Assembly: GCF_002113885.1 (NCBI RefSeq)
Contig: NW_018408700.1
Span: 712,691-776,690, forward strand
Direction of reading: 5' to 3'
DNA length: 64,000 nt
Source: Mizuhopecten yessoensis
Lineage: Eukaryota
In this document: piece after piece, positions 25,421 through 38,600 of the stretch
Layout: every line of letters begins with the position of its first letter
How positions within the stretch are numbered: the stretch's first letter is position 1
Notes under the pieces: generated by a model
Seen by the model: the letters and a program-made list of their open reading frames with translations, nothing else
Told to the model about the DNA's origin: nothing
The model's database searches: none
Translations under genes and position numbers: made by a program

Positions 25421-26504
25421 TATACATATATACAGGTATATGTCCATATGCACACTGCAACCCTTTCACTGCTCACATGCTGTCATCCCAACGTTTGTAC
25501 CACAACTCCCAATAGTTACATCCTCTCTCGTGCACCTAACAAACTAAACCGAACTCTATCACACACACACACAACCTGTCCTACAAAAGTATATCCACTG
25601 TAGATAACCCTTTGTTTTCATGACACTGGCCATTCTCAATCAGCATTTCTCCCTAATGGTCCGAGCTTTAATTGACAACTTAATAAGATCTCCAGAACCA
25701 AGTAATGTGTCTTAAAATTTAAATTGCACGCCTAATCTTAAACAAATAAACAACTACAGACTCTCCGCAGACACTCACTGATATGTACAGCTGCGGCTGA
25801 CACAACTCATTAATTAGAACCACTGACCACTTTGACCCCTACGTATGCTGGCCCACTCAACTCTCCTCCTACTCCTAAAGATAACACTTTTTCACATTGT
25901 CAATGGCAGCTTTAGGGGGATAGTCTAAACATATTTTGCAACTCCTTACCTATGCATCCTAGATACACTCTAGATCTTGATAATGTCATATATACATACA
26001 ACACGAAAACTTCCAACAGTATATTGTGTATTATTCTAGCACTGGAGGAGATAAAACAGATCAAAATGGAGTACCGGTACATTCAACAAACGGGTTGTAG
26101 ACTAAAACTTGATCATGCAATAGCGTTTGTTTAGGAAAGAAGGTTAATTAAGGTTATGTGATAACGGCCTGACGTTATATGGGACACTTTTGTTCACAGA
26201 GCTATGTTTAGCCACATTACCGTACACACAAACAATTGGAAACTTTAATAACGTTGTATACAGATAGTATCATACATTGTATTTACCACTAATGGTCATG
26301 CAGGCTTGCTGTTCAGTATTGCCATTCTGACAAATGTTCTATTTCAACGTTCCTCATTACCATCAATTTAAATTTTACTTGAAATTTAAAGAAACATCTT
26401 CATGGTTCATTTCACCAAAGAAATACAAGCAGAGTAGGAATTTGAAAGAAAGCTATTAAAACCATAACTAACGATTGACCGAATACGTTTACCCTTCATA
26501 AATA

Positions 26505-27482
26505 CAGTTGTGTAACCGAACAACGCAACAAAACAGCGTGTTCCCATCGTACATACATCGTGCACACACCATCCGCACATCGTCCACACATGGTGCGCAC
26601 AACTGTACATGTGTGATTTAACAATCGTTCGCCCTGTTGTGCACTTCTCACCGTACAAATGTACGATTTGGTACAATTGGTGGATCAATATAACGGGGAA
26701 AAAATCCGGACCTCTTGTTTGGAATAAGGAACACTGTATATAAAAAACGTCGAATTCATAAGGATTACGTTAAATTTTACAATGCGTGTTACATAGCATT
26801 ACAGTGACCGTTAGGCTGTCAATAATGGGTTTGGCTCCCGCATAACTGAACAGGTAAATAACATTTTGATGATTGACCGAAGTTTTACCTGGCCTGTGCC
26901 TGACAAAGAGTTGATAAGTGATACCCGTTATAAAAACTGGACGTTAGGTTTTGTTATTTGTATCCGTTTCGGTCTATAGCTCCTTTTTATCTGGATTTTC
27001 ACACCTTGGCGAGTTACGTAAGTGCCCCGGGTGGGGAAAAATACGAGACAGGTACAGTTACAATATCTCTATGTTTACAAAATGTACATGGGACTGTGCA
27101 TGTCTATATGTGTTATTTTACATGTACCGATTTGTGTCGTTTAAAAAACACCGAAAACACTATTTTTGAATAAAAAATACAGATAGAAAGATTAACATAT
27201 CTATATATATGTAATTAGAATATACACTTGAAAATCAAGATTACATGTTTCAACACAAAACCATATATATTGTTAAGCCTTTTCTCATTTTACACCAACC
27301 ATCTTGGTTAATCTTTGTCATCGCACAACGTTCACCCACCGTCCGAACAAATATGCGTCCAGAATTTCATCGTTTGCACATCGTGCACACATCGTTCGCA
27401 TATCGTGCACACATCGTGCATACACTATGCGCACATCGCGCGCACAACGCACATCGTGTAACGTTGTGCGATCCCACAACTG
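26505..27482. mobile_element. TA-flanked non-autonomous DNA transposon with 11-bp subterminal repeats
   Basis: TA-CAGTTGTG..G.ACAACG..ACA and TGT..CGTTGTGCGATCCCACAACTG-TA imperfect TIRs; cacatcgtgca repeats near both ends. Confidence 0.6.
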
Positions 27483-27589
27483 TACCATTTCTAAACTTAT
27501 CTCCGGTTTCTACCTTTATATCACAAAAAGTCTATTTTCCTATCGTGCATATACACGGTAGACGACTATACATGAAAAAGTTGCACCTT

Positions 27590-27722
27590 TAAAAGTTCAC
27601 GCAACTGCGCAGTAAGTGTGTGCTCCATGACCCATAAAATCAACGATTGACCGCCTTAAAAGTTCACGCAACTGCACAGTAAGTGTGTGCTCCATGACCC
27701 ATAAAATCAACGATTGACCGCC
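27590..27722. repeat. 67-bp direct tandem duplication
   Basis: taaaagttcacgcaactgc(g/a)cagtaagtgtgtgctccatgacccataaaatcaacgattgaccgcc x2. Confidence 0.92.
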
Positions 27723-28501
27723 ACAGGGGTAAAAATCCTCAGCCAAAATGATCACCGATTTCAAATACAGGTCTATTCTCATTGCGCATTTATACAAGCG
27801 CCATTACGTGTGTACAGGTGTATGTTTCAAATATCAACGCGTTCGCTTACTAAATGTGTGCTCCGTTGTAAAACGTTTATTTACATTATTGTTCCTTGTT
27901 TGTTAATGTTTCATCACTTTTTTCACTTTATGTATCTATTCACACGGGTCGCATGCTGATGTTCAGCGATGCTTTCATAATTCCATCACAATCGTTATGA
28001 TCAAAAATAAGCTGTCATTGTATCTCTTGACCTACTTTCCCTCTCTTAATACATGTGCGCGACAAGCGTGGCTGATAGGTTGGGTTACTGAAATAGCTTG
28101 ATAAAATAAAGCAATATTACAACTCATCACTAAAACCAGCTTAAAAATCAATAAGCATCGCAGAATATAATACCATGCACAGATTGCACCTGTACCCTGT
28201 GATAACAATGGCAGGATTCTTTGCATGAGTACATCCGGTAACCTTTGAATAGTTTTACATGTGTATATCATGAAAATCCCCCGAGAGATGTATATGAATA
28301 GATTCTGAAAATCTTCTCATAGATTTGCATGAGTAGATTTTGGAAAAGTTCTGATATATTTGAATGAGTAGATTCTGAAAATAATCCTGTTTGATTTGCA
28401 CCAGTATATTCTGAGAATCATACGTCGCTTTGCATGAGTAGAATATGAAACTCTTCTCAATCAATACCCATTACAAGTTAGACTCGCAGCTAATACCGAA
28501 A

Positions 28502-28710
28502 GCCAGCAATGGTGCAGTTGATAGCGCACTTGCCTTTCACCAAGGCGGCCGGGGTTCGATTCCCCGATCGGACATGAAAAGGTTGGGGACACCTGCCGGG
28601 CCACATGGGTTTTCTTCGGGTACTCCGGTTGCCTCCCACACTAAGCCCCCCCCCNTAATATAAGTTGAAATAACTTGTTTCATAACTGTTGTAAAATAAA
28701 TAAAGTTTTT
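28502..28710 (+). mobile_element. tRNA-derived SINE with V-SINE-like core
   Basis: A box tggtgcagttgatag (28510-28524), B box ggttcgattcc (28553-28563), core gggttttcttcgggtactccggttgcctcccac, AT-rich tail. Confidence 0.75.
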
Positions 28711-31257
28711 GTATATTAATATTAAATACTACATCACTGTTGTGGGTTGTTGTTATCTAATTTGAAAAGTAAACGTTCTGGAGATGTTGTATGGTCCAAA
28801 CATAAATTTATTAGAATAACTTTCTCTAGGTCGGTGGGTGATGTCTGGAGTATCCAAAAACACATCCGTACCGTCCGATGCCTAGGTCCTACCTGATATT
28901 CCAAGCATAATCATGTCATAAAGTACATTTACACAATACAAATAGGGTTGTTAGTTTGAGTGACATCTGTCAGTCACAGCAATTGTCCTTTGAGACGAGG
29001 CCGTACCCGACCAGGTAAGCCAATTTAGCTGTCCTTTGTCTGAGACTGAATGCAGTGTCCGACCTGGTAAGACCAGTTAATCCTGTTACGTAATATATAA
29101 TTAGATTAAAAGGTATTTGGTATACAATGACCTAATTCATGAGTTAATCTGACAACAATTATTGAAACAAATTTACATAAAATGATTCCAGCATATGATT
29201 AGTATGTCACTCGGTAGAATAAATTAAATGAAAGTGTGTAGGTTAAAACAGAGACATATATACGTCTCTGGTTAAAATACGCTAAATAACGAATATAATG
29301 AGATATTAAATTAAAGTTCAAATTTAGCACTTTTATCATAAAATTCGTTATGATACAAACATTCTTGTATCGATATTTAATAATGCATAGTTTAATAACA
29401 GAAGTTAAGCTATTCGTATCTATATATTGCCCATGAGAGCTAGGTTAAGCTTTATTAATTCCAATATATTAGAACAGTCATTGATGATCAGATAATGGAC
29501 AGCTTAATGGTATTAAACTTCCATACAAGTTCATAGGAGGTACAGAGTGTATGTATAGCAGCGTGGATATTCAAGCACGTCGCCCCTAAACCCTACAGGA
29601 ACAGGAAATAGTTGATTCGAGTTGAGATAGAAATTAGTCTAAATACTTGAGTGAATGAGACCAAAACGTTGATGGAATGTTTTACTGTTCATCGCCTGCA
29701 AATGCCATCACATATTATTTTACTGTGTTCTGCTAATGCCGAGTTTCCCGAAGGAGTATTTATATACCCATTATACATCAAACGTTATATTGAGTCTGTT
29801 ACTAAGTAGTGTGTATGGCCTACGGTCTTCTGAATCGTTGGTTGGCTGGCCATGTTCCCCAATACCCCCACAACCAACAGAACTCTTCTCGTCCTTGTAA
29901 TGAGTGTACGAGCGTGAATCAATTTTATCAGGAGAATCGGATAGTCGAAACCGACTCGCTTGGTTACATTTGTTGGTAGCTGTTAGCTATAGGCATCAGG
30001 AGAGGTTAGTGGTTAAACAGACTGGTGGGCTGGAATAAAGGATGACAGTCGACTCCTTTCATTGTTAATACGCGCGGCAATGACAGGAATTCAAGGCATG
30101 CGTGACCATAGACTCAGACAACGATTGCCGTAATACTTCATAACATTTGAAGGAAGTGTTTATTATACCCTGTGGTTACCTGGTTAAATTCGTCACAGGT
30201 GTGTATTGGAAAGTGTGTTTTTGGCAGGCGTGTATTTAACACGCGTGCATTTGACAGGTGTGCAGTAGACAAGTGTGTATTTGACAGCTTTTCATAAACT
30301 CTTAACTTTTTGCAATAACATATATATAATATAACCGGCGATAGGATTACCCAAGTCAGCTGTTCAAGGACCCACCCAAAGCTGACGGTCGTCAGGTAGG
30401 TTGTGTTTTATAATCTTTATCTTTACTCTTATTTATCAGCTGTGTACATGTACTTTTGTGTCTCGCTCAACCCGTACCAGCGTGTGTCTGTGTGGATGTT
30501 CGCCGCATTCCTTTACACTACTGTAGAGAAAAATAACCTATTTGAAAAGAGTGCGGTCAGTGGACTATCTTACACCCATACATAGCTATAGGATATATGT
30601 ACAGGGTTTTCAATGAAGTGTTAATGCATGAGGTGTAATCAAATTGCATACACAACATACATATAAGCCACACGTTACAATGTACATGTGTATACTGCTT
30701 AAAGTGCTTATTTCCCCTTCCTTCGTCCTACTTTCTGTATAGCCATGTGGCTCATTAATAAACGTGTATTACTCATGTAGATAATGTTGAGATTAATCCC
30801 CCTTACTTTTACTATGTGGTTATATATATATAAAGTATATGCTTTCCTCGCGTAGTGACTAGTGTACATGTACTAGTACAGAATCACAACTGATAATTTA
30901 AATATAGCGATGAGTTAAGTAAGGTAACAAGGTAAATCAATAGTGTCGGTCTGGCCCCCACAGTCGATTAATTAAACAGACAGACCCAGTCCCCATACTT
31001 AAACAACTGTATTGGATTATCCACGTACATACCGGCATAGCCACCTATTTCTACACCCACATACGTCCACACAAACATTGGTTGGGCGTTTGTCATTTAA
31101 CCAGAAGAATACATTCGTTTATGACAAATATATCCACTCCTACATTCATCCATGTATGACTGTATAGTCTGAAAAGTAAACACAAACCTATGTTTGAATG
31201 ATGAGTTATAAGTGCCCAGTATTTTCTCTACATTACCTTGATATGTGTTTAAGTAAT

Positions 31258-32230
31258 TTTTGTAAAATCAAAATAGTCCTTGTCATGGCCCCCATTGATT
31301 ATAATTGTTTCCTGTCTTTTGACCGACATCACATACATGTTTTAATTATGAATCAATTACTTCATTTATAAACTAAATGTCACACAGAGACATTTTCTTT
31401 AACTTCCCGATAAGACGGACGGTCAGTGATTCATTGATGAGCAAGAACCGCCTTTACGAGGTTTCATTAATAATTCATAGCTGGGCTATCCTATCAGTAC
31501 AAAATCTTGAGCAAAATTCAGCCATCTGAAAGTATTCAGATATTTCTATTTTAAGTGTATATGGATATGCTTTGTTACCTGTCAGATATATTGCCACTTT
31601 CAGATCGTCGTCATTCCCTGATTTGAATGTATTATATTTACATATGTGACCTATTTCCATTCCTTGAGTAGACACAAGGTATGTTATGGCGGGTGTTCCT
31701 TGTGTTAAGGAAACGCTCACTCCTTTGATGCTCCTGGTTTCAGTTACGTTTCTAGAGTGCGATTAAGATTAATTTACCTGGGTTTTCTTTTCCTTGACGA
31801 CATTGAGTTTTGATTTTAATGTTGAGGATGTGTTACATTATTTAGGAAACAGTTGTCCCAATGGATCATCGGGTTTTCACCAACGATTCTTGTGGGCGTT
31901 TATGACAATTTTTTTTTTCACTCTTTCACTTAACATCGACGAGTTTCGATTTTCTCAATGGGTGCTGCCGCTGTATTTTATATATTTTCATTTTGTCCTG
32001 GCCTTGAGATCTTTTCTTGAGTTGTTAGGAAATAGTATAACCTTATGCGTGCGTGGAAGAGGGTATAACCATACATGTTGGGAGCAAGTATCAATAAATA
32101 AGATTATGTGTGTTTGGAGGTAGAATAAGATTATGTTTGTTAGGAAGGAGTAAAATATTATGTGTGTAGAGAGGGAGTATAAGATTGTGTGTGTTGGGAG
32201 GGACTATACTAGCATGTGTGTTGGGAGGGA
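31258..32230. repeat. Segmental duplication, copy 1 (unique ~830 bp + array start)
   Basis: Near-identical to 34722-35694 at an offset of 3464 bp. Confidence 0.92.
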
Positions 32231-34722
32231 GTTTGATAATATATGTGTTGGGAAGGAGTATAAGATTATGTGTGTTGGAAGGGAGTATAAGATTATGTGT
32301 GTTGGGAAGGAGTAAAAGAATATGTGTGTAGGGAGGGAGTATAAGATTATATGTGTTGGGAAGGAGTATAAGATTATGTGTGTTGAAAGGGAGTATAAGA
32401 ATATGTGTGTTGAAAGGGAGTATTAGATTATGTGTGTTGGGAGGGAGTATAAGGTTATGTGTGTTGGGAGGGAGTATTAGATTATGTGTGTTGGGAGGGA
32501 GTATAAGATTACGTGTGTTGGGAGGGAGTATACTGTTATGTGTGTTGGTAGGGAGTATACGATTATGTGTATTGGGAGGGAGTATACGATTATGTGTGTT
32601 GGGAGAGAGTATAAGATTACGTGTGTTGGGAGGGAGGATACTGTTATGTGTGTTGGTAGGGAGTATACGATTATGTGTGTTGGGAGGGAGTATACGATTA
32701 TGTGTGTTGGGAGAGATAATAAGATTACAAGTGTTGGGAGGGAGTATACGATTATGTGTGTTGGGAGGGAGTATACGATTATGTGTTTTGGGAGAGAGAA
32801 TAAGATTACGCATGTTGGGAGGGAGTATACGATTATGTGTTTTGGGAGAGAGAATAAGATTACGTATGTTGGGAGGGAGTATACGATTATGTGTGTTGGG
32901 AGAGAGTATAAGATTACGTGTGTTGGGAGGGAGTATACTGTTATGTGTGTTGGTAGGGAGTAAAAGGGATTGTGTTTTGGGAGAGAGTAGAAGATTACGT
33001 GTGTTGGGAGGGAGTATACGATTATGTGTGTTGGGAGGGAGTATACGATTACATGTGTTGGGAGGGAGTATACGATTATGTGTGTTGGGAAGGTGTAAAA
33101 GATTACGTGTGTTGGCAGTGAGTATAAGATGATGTGTTGGGAATGAGTATAAGATTACGTGTGTTGGGAGGGAATATGAGATATTGTGTGTTGGGAGAGA
33201 GTATAAGATTACGTGTGTTGGGAGTGAGTATAAGATGATGTGTTGGGAAGGAGTATGATATTATGTGTGTAGGGAGGGAGTATAAGATTACGTGTGTTGG
33301 GAGGGAGTATACGATTATGTGTGTTGGGAGAGAGTATAAAGTTATGTGTGTAGGGAGGGAGTATAAGATTATGTGTTGGGAGGGAGTATGAGATTGTGTG
33401 TTTTTGGAGGAAGTCTAAGATTATATGTGTAGGGAGGAAGTATAATGTTATGTGTGTAGGGAGAGAGTATAAGATTACGTGTGTTGGGAGTGAGTATAAG
33501 ATAATGTGTTGGGAAGGAGTTTGAGATTATGTGTGTAGGGAGGGAGTATAAGATTATGTGTTGGGAGGGAGTATGAGATTGGGTGTTTTTGGAGGGAGTT
33601 TAAGATTAAATGTGTTGGGAGGGAGTATAATATTATGTGTGTTGGGAGGGAGTACAATATTATGTGTGTTGGGAAGAGTATAATATTATGCGTGTTCGGA
33701 GGGAGTATTATATTATTTGTGTTGGGAGGGAGTATAAGATTACGTGTGTCGGGAGGGAGTATTAGATTATGTGTGTTGGGAGGGAGTATACGATTACGTG
33801 TGTTGGGAGGGAGTATACCGTTATGTGTGTTGGGAGGGAGTATACTGTTATGTGTGTTGGTAGGGAGTATACGATTATGTGTATTGGGAGGGAGTATACG
33901 ATTATGTGTGTTGGGAGAGAGTATAAGATTACGTGTGTTGGGAGAGAGTATAAGATTATGTGTGTTGGGAGGGAGTATACGGTTATGTGTGTTGGGAGGG
34001 AGTATAAGATTACGTGTGTAGGGAGGGAGTATTAGATTATGTGTGTTGGGAGGGAGTATGAGATTACGTGTGTTGGGAGGGAGTATAAGATTACGTGTGT
34101 TGGGAGGGATTATAATGTTATGTGTGTTGGTAGGGAGTATAGGATTTGTGTTGGGAGGGATTATAATATTATGTGTGTTGGGAGGGAGTGTACTGTTATG
34201 TGTGTAAGGAGAGAGTATAAGATTACGTGTGTTGGGAGAGAGTATAAGATTATGTGTGTTGGGAGGGAGTATAATGTTATGTGTGTTGGTAGGGAGTATA
34301 GGATTATGTGTGTTGGGAGGGAGTATAATATTATGCGTGTTAGGAGGGAGTGTGTTGGAGAGAGTATAATATTACGTGTGTTGGGGAGAGTATACGATTA
34401 TGTGTGTTGGGAGAGAGAATAAGATTACGTGTGTTGGGAGGTAGTATACGATTATGTGTGTTGGGAGAGAGTATAAGATTACGTGTGTTGGGAGTGAGTA
34501 TAAAATAATGTGGTAGGAAGGAGTATGAGATTATGTGTGTAGTGAGGGAGTATAAGATAATGTGTTGGAAAGGAGTATGATATTATGTGTGTAGGGAGGG
34601 AGTATCAGATTATGTGTGTAGGGAGGGAGTATAATATTATGTATGTTAGAAGGGAGTATAAGATTATATGTGTTGGGAGGGAGTATAATATTATGTGTGT
34701 TGGGAGGGAGTACAATATTATG
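32030..34722. repeat. 27-bp G-rich minisatellite, block 1
   Basis: gtgttgggagggagtataagattatgt consensus. Confidence 0.95.
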
Positions 34723-35694
34723 TTTGTAAAATTAAAATAGTCCTTGTCATGGCCCCCATTGATTATAATTGTTTCCTGTCTTTTGACCGACATCACATAC
34801 ATGTTTTAATTATGAATCAATTACTTCATTTATAAACTAAATGTCACACAGAGACATTTTCTTTAACTTCCCGATAAGACGGACGGTCAGTGATTCATTG
34901 ATGAGCAAGAACCGACTTTACGAGGTTTCATTAATAATTCATAGCTGGGCTATCCTATCAGTACAAAATCTTGAGCAAAATGCAGCCATCTGAAAGTATT
35001 CAGATATTTCTATTTTAAGTGTATATGGATATGCTTTGTTACCTGTCAGATATATTGCCACTTTCAGATCGTCGTCATTCCCTGATTTGAATATATTATA
35101 TTTACATATGTGACCTATTTCCATTACTTGAGTAGACACAAGGTATGTTATGGCGGGTGTTCCTTGTGTTAAGGAAACGCTCACTCCTTTGATGCTCCTG
35201 GTTTCAGGTACGTTTCTAGAGTGCGATTAAGATTAATTTACCTGGGTTTTCTTTTCCTTGACGACATTGAGTTTTGATTTCAATGTTGAGGATGTGTTAC
35301 ATTATTTAGGAAACAGTTGTCCCAATGGATCATCGGGTTTTCACCAACGATTCTTGTGGGCGTTTATGACAAAATTTCTTTTCACTCTTTCTCTTAACAT
35401 CGACGAGTTTCGATTTTCTCAATGGGTGCTGCCGCTGTGTTTTATATATTTTCATTTTGTCCTGACCTTGAGATCTTTTCTTGAGTTGTTAGGAAATAGT
35501 ATAACCTTATGCGTGCGTGGAAGTGGGTATAACCATACATGTTGGGAGCAAGTATCAATAAATAAGATTATGTGTGTTTGGAGGTAGAATAAGATTATGT
35601 TTGTTAGGAAGGAGTATAATATTATGTGTGTAGAGAAGGAGTATAAGATTGTGTGTGTTGGGAGGGACTATACTAGCATGTGTGTTGGGAGGGA
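34722..35694. repeat. Segmental duplication, copy 2
   Basis: Near-identical to 31258-32230. Confidence 0.92.
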
Positions 35695-38600
35695 GTATGA
35701 TAATATATGTGTTGGGAAGGGAGTATAAGATTATGTGTGTTGGGAGGGAGTATAAGATTATGTATGTTAGAAGGGAGTATAATAATATATGTGTTGGGAA
35801 GGAGTATAAGATTATGTGTGTTGGAAGGGAGTATAAGATTATGTGTGTAGGGAGGGAGTATAATATTATGTATGTTAGAAGGGAGTATAAGATTATATTT
35901 GTTGGGAAGGAGTAGAAGATTATGTGTGTTGGAAGGGAGTATAAGATTATGTGTGTAGGGAGGGAGTATAATATTATGTATGTTAGAAGGGAGTATAAGA
36001 TTATATGTGTTGGGAAGGAGTATAAGATTATGTGTGTTGGAAGGGAGTATAAGAATATGTGTGTTGGAAGGGAGTAAAAGAGTATGTGTGATGGGAGGGA
36101 GTATAAGATTATGTATGTTAGAAGGGAGTATAAGATTATATGTGTTGGGAAGGAGTATAAGATTATAGTATAAAATAATGTGGTAGGAAGGAGTATGAGA
36201 TTATGTGTGTAGTGAGGGAGTATAAGATAATGTGTTGGGAAGGAGTATGAGGGAGTATAAGATTATGTATGTTAGAAGGGAGTATAAGATTATATGTGTT
36301 GGGTGGGAGTATAATATTATGTGTGTTGGGGCGGAGTGTACTGTTATGTGTGTAAGGAGAGAGTATAAGATTACGTGTGTTGGGAGGGGGTATACGATTA
36401 CGTGTGTTGGGGGGGAGTATACGATTACGTGTGTGTTGGGAGGGAGTATAATATTATGTGTGTTGGGAGGGAGTATACGATTACGTGTGTTGGGAGGGAG
36501 TATATTTTTATGTGTGTTGGGAGGGAGTATACGATTACGTGTGTTGGGAGGGATCATATTTTTATGTGTGTTGGGAGGGAGTATAAGATTATGTGTGTTG
36601 GGAGGGAGTAAACGATTACGTGTGTTAGGAGGGAGTATACTGTTATGTGTGTTGGGAGGGAGGATACGATTACGTGTGTGTTTGGAGGGAGTATACGATT
36701 ACGTGTGTTGGGCGGGAGTATACGATTACGTGTGTGTTTGGAGGGAGTATACGATTACGTGTGTTGGGAGGGAGTATAATATTACGTGTGTTGGGAGGGA
36801 GTACAATATTATGTGTGTTGGGAAGAGTATAATATTATGTGTGTTGGGAGGGAGTATTAGATTATGTGTGTTGGGAGGAAGTATACGATTATGTGTGTTG
36901 GGAGGGAGTATACGATTACGTGTGTTGGGAGGGAGTATAAGATTATGTGTGTTGGGAGGGAGTAAACGATTACGTGTGTTAGGAGGGAGTATACTGTTAT
37001 GTGTGTTGGGAGGGAGTATACGATTAGGTGTGTTGGGAGGGAGTATACGATTGCGTGTGTTGGGAGGGAGTATACGATGGAGTATAAGATTGTGTGTGTT
37101 GGGAGGGACTATACTAGCATGTGTGTTGGGAGGGAGTATGATAATATATGTGTTGGGAAGGGAGTATAAGATTATGTGTGTTGGGAGGGAGGATACGATT
37201 ATGTGTGTTTGGAGGGAGGATACGATTATGTGTATTTGGAGGGAGTATACGATTATGTGTATTGGGAGGGAGTAGACGATTATGTGTATTTGGAGGGAGT
37301 ATTCGATTATGTGTATTTGGAGGGAGAATACGATTATGTGTGTTGGGAGGGAGTATACGATTACGTGTGTTGGGAGGGAGTATTAGATTATGTGTATTGG
37401 GAGGGAGTATACGATTATGTGTATTTGGAGGGAGTATACGATTATGTGTATTGGGAGGGAGTATACGATTATGTGTGTTGGGAAAGAGTATAAGATTACG
37501 TGTGTTGGGAGGGAGTATACGATTACGTGTGGTGGGAGGGAGTATAAGATTACGTGATATTATGTATGTTAGAAGGGAGTATAAGATTATATTTGTTGGG
37601 AAGGAGTAGAAGATTATGTGTGTTGGAAGGGAGTATAAGATTATGTGTGTTGGGAAAGTGTATAAGATTACGTGTGTTGGGAGGGAGGATACGATTATGT
37701 GTATTGGGAGGGGGGATACGATTATGTGTGTTGGGAGGGAGTATACGATAATGTGTGTTGGGAGGGAGTATAAGATTATGTGTATTGGGAGGGAGTATAC
37801 GATTATGTGTATTGGGAGGGAGTATACGATTATGTGTGTTGGGAAAGTGTATAAGATTACGTGTGTTGGGAGGGAGTATACGATTACGTGTGTTGGGAGG
37901 GAGTATAAGATTACGTGTGTTGGGAGGGAGTATACGATTACGTGTGTTGGGAGGGAGTATTAGATTATGTGTGTTGGGAGGAAGTATACGATTATGTGTG
38001 TTGGGAGGGAGTATACGATTACGTGTGTTGGGAGGGAGTATACGATTATTTGTGTTGGGAGAGAGAATAAGATTACGTGTGTTGGGAGGGAGTATACGAT
38101 AATGTGTGTTGGGAGGTAGTATACGATTACCTGTGTTGGGAGGGAGTATACGAGTATGTGTGTTGGGAGAGAGAATAAGATTACGTGTGTTGGGAGGGAG
38201 TATACTGTTATGTGTGTTGGGAGGGAGTATACTGTTATGTGTGTTGGGAGGGAGTATACGATTACGTGTGTTGGGAGGGAGTATACGATTATGTGTTTTG
38301 GGAGAGAGAATAAGATTACGTATGTTGGGAGGGAGTATACGATTATGTGTGTTGGGAGAGAGTATACGATTACGTGTGTTGGGAGGGAATATGAGATGTT
38401 GTGTTTTGGGAGAGAGTAGAAGATTACGTGTGTTGGGAGTGAGTATACGATTACGTGTGTTGGGAGGGAGTATACGATTACGTGTGTTGGCAGTGAGTAT
38501 AAGATGATGTGTTGGGAAGGAGTATGATATTATGTGTGTTGGGAGGGAGTATACGATTACGTGTGTCGGGAGGGAGTATACGATTACATGTGTTGGGAGG

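Noticed and set aside
28502-28575. tRNA gene
   Set aside because: A/B boxes are present, but there is no complete acceptor stem and it continues into a SINE core; it is a SINE head.
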